Shown here: positions 9,499 to 16,028 of the stretch, one piece after another | Layout of the letters: the number at the start of each line of letters is the position of its first letter | Numbering within the stretch: the stretch's first letter is position 1 | Assembly (NCBI GenBank): GCA_943329075.2 | Contig: CALQCM020000014.1 | Coordinates: forward strand, 11,076-75,075 | Direction: 5' to 3' | DNA from: Chitinophaga pinensis | GTDB taxonomy: Bacteria > Pseudomonadota > Gammaproteobacteria > Burkholderiales > SG8-41 | DNA length: 64,000 nt | Notes under the pieces: model-generated | Seen by the model: the letters and a program-made list of their open reading frames with translations, nothing else | Told to the model about the DNA's origin: nothing | Database searches by the model: none | Program-made: the position numbers and the translations under genes

Positions 9499-9623
9499 CG
9501 TCATTCCCGCGAAAGCGGGTATCCCCTTCCCCCGCTTGCGGGGGAAGGTAGGATGGGGGCACAACCCACGTTAATTTTAACAATCAGCGTAGTTCATGGG
9601 CTCCCGCTTTCGCGGGAGCGACG
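9499..9623. repeat. MITE/BIME-like palindromic element with nested hairpin repeat
   Basis: Inverted arms CGTCATTCCCGCGAAAGCGGGTATCC (9499-9524) and GGGCTCCCGCTTTCGCGGGAGCGACG (9598-9623). They flank a CCTTCCCCCG-CTTG-CGGGGGAAGG hairpin (9525-9559). Same architecture at 27355-27436 and 41263-41345. Confidence 0.75.
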
Positions 9624-9675
9624 AAACCGGTCATTCGGCACTTACTGAAATAGGTCAATAAAAATTGGAGGAATC

Positions 9676-10293
9676 GTGATGAAGTTGTTCGGAACACCCG
9701 GCAGTCCATTCGTGCGCAAGGCGCGGCTCGCGCTGGAAGAAAAGGGCGTGCCCTATGAATATGTGCTGGCGCCGCGCGAAACGCGCAAGGAACTCGTTGT
9801 GCCGCACAATCCGCTGGGCAAGATCCCGGTGTTGCTGCGCGACGACGGCAAGTCGGTGTTCGATTCGCCGGTGATCGTCGAATACGTCGATGGATTGAAA
9901 CCCGAGCCGCGATTGATCCCGCAGGCCTTTGAAGACCGCATTGCGGTCAAACGCTGGGAGGCGCTGGGCGACGGTGTGGCCGAAGCCACGGTGCTGATCA
10001 CGCATGACTGGCGCAAACCGGAAGACAAGCGCGAGCCGGAGAAATGGTACGAAGCCCAGCGCGAAAAAATCCGCCGCGGGCTCGCCATGATGGAACGCGA
10101 ACTCGGCGACGGCGCGTTTTGTTTCGGCAAGTCATTCACACTTGCCGATATCGCGGCAGGTTACGCCTTGGCCTATCTTGAGGAAGGCATTCCGGATTTT
10201 GGCTGGCGCTCGGCGAATCCGCGTTTGTCGCGGCACTATGACACGCTGAGTAAGCGTGCTGCGTTCCGCAATACCGATCCCGATGCCAAATAA
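9676..10293 (+). CDS. glutathione S-transferase
   Basis: MKLFGTPGSPFVRKARLALEEKGVPYEYV..GKIPVL..SPVIVEYV is the classic GST N-domain, followed by an alpha-helical C-domain. GGAGG RBS. Start is GTG 9676 or ATG 9679. Confidence 0.9.
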   Translation: MMKLFGTPGSPFVRKARLALEEKGVPYEYVLAPRETRKELVVPHNPLGKIPVLLRDDGKSVFDSPVIVEYVDGLKPEPRLIPQAFEDRIAVKRWEALGDGVAEATVLITHDWRKPEDKREPEKWYEAQREKIRRGLAMMERELGDGAFCFGKSFTLADIAAGYALAYLEEGIPDFGWRSANPRLSRHYDTLSKRAAFRNTDPDAK

Positions 10294-10323
10294 ATCGACG
10301 GCGCACTGAACGCGCCGTCGCGG

Positions 10324-11316
10324 TTATTGCTCCGGTTTAATCCCGGCGTCCTGGATGACCTTGCTCCAGCGCTGCATTTCCGCTTTGAGGAAAGCCGCGA
10401 AATCCTGCGGCGAACTGCCAACCGGATCGGCGCCGTCAAGTTGAAAGCGCTGCACGATATCCGGCAGTTTGACCGTGTGCGCAACGGCGGCGGCCAGTCT
10501 GGCGACGATCGCCGGCGGCGTGCCCGCCGGTAACACCATGCCCTGAAAGGCTTCGGCGTGGTAGCCGGGCAGGCTTTCGCCGACGGTCGGTATTTCGGGC
10601 ATGCTCGGATGCCGCTTCGTGCCGGTCACGGCAAGCGCGCGCAGCTTGCCGCCTTTGACATGCGGCGCTGCCGAGATCGTGGTCGTGAACAGCATGGTGA
10701 CGCGGCCGCCGATCACGTCGGTGACAGCGGCGGGGATGCCTTTGTAGGGCACGTGAATCAGCTGGATGCCCGCCATGCGCTGGAAGAGTTCCGCCGACAG
10801 ATGCGGCGCGGAGCCGCTGCCGGGGCTGGCGTAGGTCAATTCACCGGGCTTGGACTTGGCGAGTGCGATCAGGTCGCGCACCGAGCCGGCTGTCGCCGAC
10901 GGTGTAACGACAATGACGTTGGGCTGTGTATTTAACTGGGTGACCGGAGTGAAGTCCTTGACCGGGTCATAGGGCAGCTTCGCATACAAGCCGGGATTGA
11001 TCGCAAAAGTCGTCGTCACCATCAGTATCGTGTAGCCGTCGGCCGGCGCCTTGGCGGCAATCTCCGTACCGACAATGGTGGCCGCCCCTGGACGCGAATC
11101 GACCACGACGTTCTGGCCCCATTGTTCGGTCAGCTTCTGCCCGAGCAGGCGCGAGGTGATGTCAAGGCCGCCACCCGGCGCGAAAGGCACGATCAGACGC
11201 AGCGGCCGCTCGGGATAGCGGGTGGCATCCTGCGCGCCGGCGGCCATTGAAACGAGCGCCAGCGCAGCGAATACTAGGCATTCAAGACGGTTCACGGGCA
11301 GACGAGGGCGTGGCAT
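10324..11316 (-). CDS. Bug/TctC-family substrate-binding protein
   Basis: Start trimmed to MPRPRLPVNRLECLVFAALALVSMAAGAQ (ATG at 11316). The ORF-track start at 11544 would overlap the upstream gene. Motifs PFAPGGGLDITSR, VVVDSRPGAA, HVPYKG. Confidence 0.9.
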   Translation of the reverse strand: MPRPRLPVNRLECLVFAALALVSMAAGAQDATRYPERPLRLIVPFAPGGGLDITSRLLGQKLTEQWGQNVVVDSRPGAATIVGTEIAAKAPADGYTILMVTTTFAINPGLYAKLPYDPVKDFTPVTQLNTQPNVIVVTPSATAGSVRDLIALAKSKPGELTYASPGSGSAPHLSAELFQRMAGIQLIHVPYKGIPAAVTDVIGGRVTMLFTTTISAAPHVKGGKLRALAVTGTKRHPSMPEIPTVGESLPGYHAEAFQGMVLPAGTPPAIVARLAAAVAHTVKLPDIVQRFQLDGADPVGSSPQDFAAFLKAEMQRWSKVIQDAGIKPEQ

Positions 11317-11333
11317 GACGGCAGGATGAATTT

Positions 11334-12449
11334 TCAACTTACACCGAGCGCGCGCCGTACGACGGCGTCCGGCGCACCGGCGAGATCCATGTCGGCCAGC
11401 GTGGGTCCACATTGCCACGGGTCGATGCCCAGCAGCACGCCGAGTATTTCGGCGAAGGCGCGGTGCAGCGGCGCCGCGATTGACGCCTGTTCGGCAAGCT
11501 GCACGCAGGGCACGATGGCATAGGGCAGGTCCACCGCTTCCCATTCGCGCCAGATGTCGGGCTGAAAGGGCGGGAACGATTTGTAGACCGGGTTCTGCAT
11601 CGCTTCATAAAACGTATTGCTCTTGAAGCCGTAATACTGTTCGATGGCTTTGGCCATCGGCGTATGCGTGACGCCGTAGGCTACACACACGCGTTTGCGT
11701 TCCGCATCGAGCGCATCGCCGAGCACGCCGGCTGACGGCACGACGCACTCCTGATAGAAGCCGGTCTTTTTGCCGTCGAGCTTGGCGCGTTCCATCATGC
11801 CGACGTTCGGCAGCACCATCGCCGGATGCACGATGAGGTTGAGGTTTTCGAGTCCCGTCTGCAGCACGGACGTCGCCGCGGTGAGGCCGGGAAACACCGG
11901 CGTCAGTGCGGCCAGTGCTTCGCCGGCGCGCGCCGCTGGCACCGTGGCAATCTGAATTCCCTTGCGCAGGCCCTTCGGTGTGACCACCGTGCCGTTGATG
12001 CGCGCGGCATGCGTCGGTGCCGGCGCTTCGGTGACGAGCACGTCTTCGCGACCGGCCTGCCGCAGCAGCGGTGTCAGGCGCGCCGCCGGCCAGTAGCCGT
12101 GGCTTTGCACATGCACGACGGCACCGCGCGCGAATTCCGGAATCAGCGCGCTGAAGCGTTTTTCGAGCTGGTGCATGTCGACTTCGATCAGCACGACTTC
12201 GGCGTCTTTCAGCGCTTCTGCGGTGGTATCGCAAATCCGGTCGATGGCGGCGAAGCCGGTTTTTTTCGAAATCAGGTGCTGCGCATCACCTTCGACCGTG
12301 AAGCCGGCGGCGGCGCGGATCGCCGGCAGTTGCTCGCGCTGGTCATCAAACACGGTGAAACGCACCTGATGGCCGCACAGCGTGAGGTCGGCAGCGCAGA
12401 CAGCGCCGATGGCGCGCGGGGTGTTACCGATAACGGCGACTCTGGACAT
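11334..12449 (-). CDS. opine (octopine/nopaline) dehydrogenase-family protein
   Basis: The central and C-terminal pattern ENLNLIVHPAMVLPNVGMMERA...GFYQECVVPSAGVLGDALDAERKRV is typical of the Octopine_DH domain. The N-terminal Rossmann region has a degenerate Gly loop (VAVIGNTPRAIG). Confidence 0.75.
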   Translation of the reverse strand: MSRVAVIGNTPRAIGAVCAADLTLCGHQVRFTVFDDQREQLPAIRAAAGFTVEGDAQHLISKKTGFAAIDRICDTTAEALKDAEVVLIEVDMHQLEKRFSALIPEFARGAVVHVQSHGYWPAARLTPLLRQAGREDVLVTEAPAPTHAARINGTVVTPKGLRKGIQIATVPAARAGEALAALTPVFPGLTAATSVLQTGLENLNLIVHPAMVLPNVGMMERAKLDGKKTGFYQECVVPSAGVLGDALDAERKRVCVAYGVTHTPMAKAIEQYYGFKSNTFYEAMQNPVYKSFPPFQPDIWREWEAVDLPYAIVPCVQLAEQASIAAPLHRAFAEILGVLLGIDPWQCGPTLADMDLAGAPDAVVRRALGVS

Positions 12450-12473
12450 GGCTGCCTGAACTTTCGGAGAGGG

Positions 12474-13433
12474 CTAGGGGTTTTCTTTGTAAATCGCGTC
12501 GACGGCCGAAATCACGCGGACCGGCTGGTCCCACGCCGGATACTTCGCCTTGAATTCCTCGACGAGCAGTTTGCCGGTGGCCTCGGCGGTTTTGCCCTCG
12601 CGCTTGAGCGCCAGGGTGCGCGCCTGCAGTGTGCTCAAGAGTTCGCGATTGGCGCCGAGGATGGCACCGTCGGCGAGGTCGCCATGCGAGCCGATCACGT
12701 GCGCGGGCTTGAGGCGCTCGAGGATTTCAAGACTTACGAGCCATGAACGCATGCTCGACTGCGGCATCGCAAATGCGGGGAAGATTTCTTTCATGGCGAG
12801 ATCGCCGGGGAACAGCACCTTGTCTTCTTCGACGTAAAACGCGGTGTCGCCGAACGTGTGCGCCGGCCCGACATACATCATGCGCACGCGCACGCCGCCG
12901 AGGTCGACGGTCTTTTCCCGGTCGAAAATCTCGTCGGCTTTGCGGAACGATGCGCCCTTCAGAATTTCCGCCCGTTCAGGCGAGCGTTTGGAAAAGATGT
13001 TGACCCAATGCATGCCGGATTCGTCGATGTCCTTTTGCTCGGCCGCGGCACGGATGATTTTCGCGTATGGGAACGCCAGCTCACCGGTGGTGTGTTCAGG
13101 ATGCAGGTGGGTGGTGACGACGTAGAGTTCGGTGTTCTGGCTGACTTTGGCGACTTCGCGCGCGACCGCCTGTCCGCTCAAGAGGCCCATGCCCGGATCG
13201 ATGATCATGGTGGCCTTGCTGCCGACGACGATGCCGACGTTCGGCACACCCGGCACCGACTCGCTGGGAATGGCATACACGTGGGGGGACACCTTGACCG
13301 TGACGCCTTCCTTCACCACCGGCCACTCTTTGTCACCCTGCGGCGACCGTGTGGTGTTGAAGACCTGTGCCGCGGCCGCAGTCCCAAGCGCGGCAAGCAA
13401 GGCAAACACCATGCATCTGAGACTGTTCTTCAT
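12474..13433 (-). CDS. secreted MBL-fold metallo-hydrolase (HxHxEH variant), paralog of 3361-4311
   Basis: Signal peptide MKNSLRCMVFALLAALGTAAAAQ. Motifs THLHPEH, GPAHTFGD, FPGDL, GSHGD. Colinear with the 3361-4311 product along its whole length. Confidence 0.85.
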   Translation of the reverse strand: MKNSLRCMVFALLAALGTAAAAQVFNTTRSPQGDKEWPVVKEGVTVKVSPHVYAIPSESVPGVPNVGIVVGSKATMIIDPGMGLLSGQAVAREVAKVSQNTELYVVTTHLHPEHTTGELAFPYAKIIRAAAEQKDIDESGMHWVNIFSKRSPERAEILKGASFRKADEIFDREKTVDLGGVRVRMMYVGPAHTFGDTAFYVEEDKVLFPGDLAMKEIFPAFAMPQSSMRSWLVSLEILERLKPAHVIGSHGDLADGAILGANRELLSTLQARTLALKREGKTAEATGKLLVEEFKAKYPAWDQPVRVISAVDAIYKENP

Positions 13434-13460
13434 GTACGCCCCCCTTTTTTTATTGTGTGC

Positions 13461-14654
13461 TTATTGTCCAGCCTTCAGCACCTCCGCCACCCAGTCCGCC
13501 ATATAAGTCATGCCGATGGTGACGTTATCGACCTGGCAGTGATGATAGCCGCCTTCTTCGCGCTTGAAGATCTTCATGTGCTTGTTGGTGGAGCCGCTGG
13601 CGTTGATCATGTTTTGCGCGTGTTCAAATGGCGCCTGCTGATCGCCTTCGCCGTGTACCAGCAGATACGGACAACGCATTTTCTGGATCACGCCGTCGAG
13701 TTTGAAACCTTCAAGCCGCTTGAAGGCTTCTTCCTTGGTCTGCACGCCGAACACCCACAGCAGATGCTGCCAGGGTACCGACAGCGAAAGGACTTCGCCG
13801 CGTTCGATGCGCGCGAGGCGCTGCTGCCACTTGGTGTGGTAATCCCACTCCGGGCCCCATGAAATGCAGCAGGCGAAGCGTTGATCCATCGACGCCGCGC
13901 GCGGCGCGTAATAGCCACCGAGCGAGAGCGCCATGATGCCGATGCGTTGCGGATCGAATTCCGGGCGCGCAGCGAGAAAATCATAAGCTGCGCCGGCGTG
14001 GCGTTCGGTTTCGTGATGCAGCATCAGGTTGCGGAAACGGATCGCCTCGCCGTTGCCGGGGCCGTCGAGCAGCAGCACCGAGATGCCGCGTTTGACCATT
14101 TCCGGGATGCCGCGGAAGTACTGGATTTCTTTGGTGACGTCGAAGCCGTCGAGGAACAGCATGATCGGGCCTTTTTTGCCCGGCTGCTGATCGGCATGCA
14201 CGATGATGCCCGGCAGGCTGGTGCCCTCGTAGGGAATTTCGACGTGCTCGAGGCGCAGCGCTTTGTTCAGTTCTGCGCCCTTGCGGAAAGCATCGACGCC
14301 GCGTTTGTAGGCCGCCTGGGTCTCATCGGTCTTCGGCTGTGAGAAACGTTCGCCGACGTGATAGTAGTGTGCGGCACGCATCAGGTACGAGGCGGCGGTG
14401 ATGTTGTGGCCGCGGGCGGCCTCGGCGTGGCCGATGTTCTCGATGCGCTCGGCCTCGCCCGCCCATTCGTTAAACCACGCGATGTCGTCGCCGACGTGGT
14501 TTTTCAAGCGGAGACCGATGCGGTTGATTTCGTCGATCTCGGCGCCGCCCCAGGGCGCGCCGCCCAACGCGATCAGCACGCCGTGCGACCAGCGGTAGTT
14601 GTCGGGGAAATAGCTGTAGGCGAGCTCGCCGTCAGGCAGCGGTGAAACTGGCAT
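13461..14654 (-). CDS. alpha/beta hydrolase (FrsA/DHPON-hydrolase-like), cytoplasmic paralog of 6101-7459
   Basis: No signal peptide. Nucleophile elbow ALSLGG, GEGDQ acidic motif, conserved LDGPGNGE / LEGPGQYE block shared with the paralog. Confidence 0.8.
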   Translation of the reverse strand: MPVSPLPDGELAYSYFPDNYRWSHGVLIALGGAPWGGAEIDEINRIGLRLKNHVGDDIAWFNEWAGEAERIENIGHAEAARGHNITAASYLMRAAHYYHVGERFSQPKTDETQAAYKRGVDAFRKGAELNKALRLEHVEIPYEGTSLPGIIVHADQQPGKKGPIMLFLDGFDVTKEIQYFRGIPEMVKRGISVLLLDGPGNGEAIRFRNLMLHHETERHAGAAYDFLAARPEFDPQRIGIMALSLGGYYAPRAASMDQRFACCISWGPEWDYHTKWQQRLARIERGEVLSLSVPWQHLLWVFGVQTKEEAFKRLEGFKLDGVIQKMRCPYLLVHGEGDQQAPFEHAQNMINASGSTNKHMKIFKREEGGYHHCQVDNVTIGMTYMADWVAEVLKAGQ

Positions 14655-14706
14655 TATTTTTTCCTCAGTCGGTTTATGAATTGCAGATTTAGTGTTCGTG
14701 TTCTAC

Positions 14707-14915
14707 TCCTTCCCCCGTTTACGGGGGAAGGTTGGGATGGGGGGAGTCGATAATAATAGCCTATTACAAATTGCCCCCACCCTGGCGCGCGGACACGTTG
14801 CCGGCGAAGCCGGCCGTTTGCGGGTAGCGCGCCATGCAATCGCTCCCGCCCCGGATCGCTTCGCGAACGCCGTGTCGCGATTGCCCTCCCCCGCTACGCA
14901 GGGGAGGGAATGGGA
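14707..14915. repeat. intergenic hairpin repeats (CCTTCCCCCG...CGGGGGAAGG and CCCTCCCC...GGGGAGGG)
   Basis: 14708-14744 is near-identical to 9525-9559, with the same 10-bp stem and the same GGATGGGG tail. A second hairpin of the same class lies at 14884-14908. Confidence 0.7.
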
Positions 14916-14917
14916 AG

Positions 14918-15883
14918 TTAAAGTCGCGGAATGCCGGACTCGACGATGATCTTGCGGAATTTCTCGACGTCGCGTTTGACGATGGCGCGGAATTCCTCCG
15001 GCGTGTTGCCGACCGCCTGCAGGCCGAGTGCGCGTAAGCGGTCCCTTACTTCGGAGGTTTGCAGCGCGGCGACCACGGCCTTGTGCGCGGCGCGCACGAT
15101 CGGGTCCGGTGTTTTCGCCGGCAGGAACAGGCCGGTCCAGTACTGGATGTCGTAGCCGGTCACGCCCTGTTCGGCGAGTGTGGGCACGTCTGGCAGCACA
15201 GGCGAGCGCGTCGAACTGGTGATGCCGTACGCTTTCATGCGCCCGGTTTGCAAATGGTTTTGCGTCGCCAGCGGTGTCAGCATCGATATTGCCGCTTCAC
15301 CGGACACGACGGCGAGCTCCGACGGCGCGCTGCCTTTGTATTGAATGTTGGTCATCTTGATGCCGAGCTGTTTCCACAGTGCATCGCCGGCGAGTTCGCC
15401 GGTGGCGCCGGGAATCGCGATGTTCAGTCCGCCCGGGCGCGTTTTCGCGTAGGCGGCCAGATCCTGAATCGTGGCGCCCGGTAGTTTGGCGTTGGCGGCC
15501 ACCACCATGCCGGTGGTCGATAACTGCGAGACCGGAATGAAATCGTTCACCGGGTCGTAGGGCAGCGATTTGTAGAGCGTGGCGTTGACGGCGTGCGTGC
15601 CGCTGTTGCCGATGATCAAGGTGTGGCCGTCAGGCGGTGCCTTGGCGCCGATTTCCATGCCGATGATCGCATTGTTGCTCGGCCGGTTGTCGACGATGAT
15701 GGAAACGCCGAGCACCTCAGACATCTTCGGCACGATCAGGCGCGCCTGCACATCCGACGGTCCGGCCGCCGCGGAGCCGACGATCATGCGCACCGGGCGG
15801 CTGGACAGCGTTTGTGCGAGAGCGGCTCCGGAAATGCAGACCGTAGCGGCGAATGCAGTGGCGATTTGTATGTGTTTGTTCAT
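14918..15883 (-). CDS. Bug/TctC-family substrate-binding protein
   Basis: Start trimmed to MNKHIQIATAFAATVCISGAALAQ (ATG 15883, behind a CCTGAGGA RBS). Motifs IIVDNRPSNN, QYKGSAP. Confidence 0.9.
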   Translation of the reverse strand: MNKHIQIATAFAATVCISGAALAQTLSSRPVRMIVGSAAAGPSDVQARLIVPKMSEVLGVSIIVDNRPSNNAIIGMEIGAKAPPDGHTLIIGNSGTHAVNATLYKSLPYDPVNDFIPVSQLSTTGMVVAANAKLPGATIQDLAAYAKTRPGGLNIAIPGATGELAGDALWKQLGIKMTNIQYKGSAPSELAVVSGEAAISMLTPLATQNHLQTGRMKAYGITSSTRSPVLPDVPTLAEQGVTGYDIQYWTGLFLPAKTPDPIVRAAHKAVVAALQTSEVRDRLRALGLQAVGNTPEEFRAIVKRDVEKFRKIIVESGIPRL

Positions 15884-16028
15884 GATTTTCCTCAGGACGC
15901 CAAGTATATGCCAAGCCACCACGTCGGTGGATGTCCCGTCTTTTTTTTGCGCCGGTGGCGGCGCATACGACCGCGGAACTTTGATCTGGCGCAGATTGTT
16001 AAGCGGGCATGCTTCTTAATATGAAAGC

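Noticed and set aside
9454-9648. Small ORFs across repeat regions (9454-9648, 14654-14839, 14692-14949, 18282-18488, 51679-51984 tail)
   Set aside because: Their peptides are just translations of the palindromic repeat units (e.g. SRESGYPLPPLAGEGRMG). They have no RBS and lie within hairpin DNA.
10324-11544. N-terminal extensions of several track ORFs (10324-11544, 14918-15922, 21432-22217, 22217-23452, 28311-29852, 36442-37890, 44327-45016, 44781-45941, 46034-47119, 52555-53211, 52933-54528)
   Set aside because: The extended parts overlap upstream genes or intergenic repeats. They are Arg-rich and precede an internal Met that has an RBS and a proper signal peptide or family N-terminus. Starts were trimmed accordingly.
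15884-16028. Terminator-like hairpin plus T8 run (CCACCACGTCGGTGG...CTTTTTTTT) in a divergent promoter region
   Set aside because: There is no upstream plus-strand gene for it to terminate. It more likely belongs to the promoter/UP-element region of the PK-like gene, and its function is unsupported.
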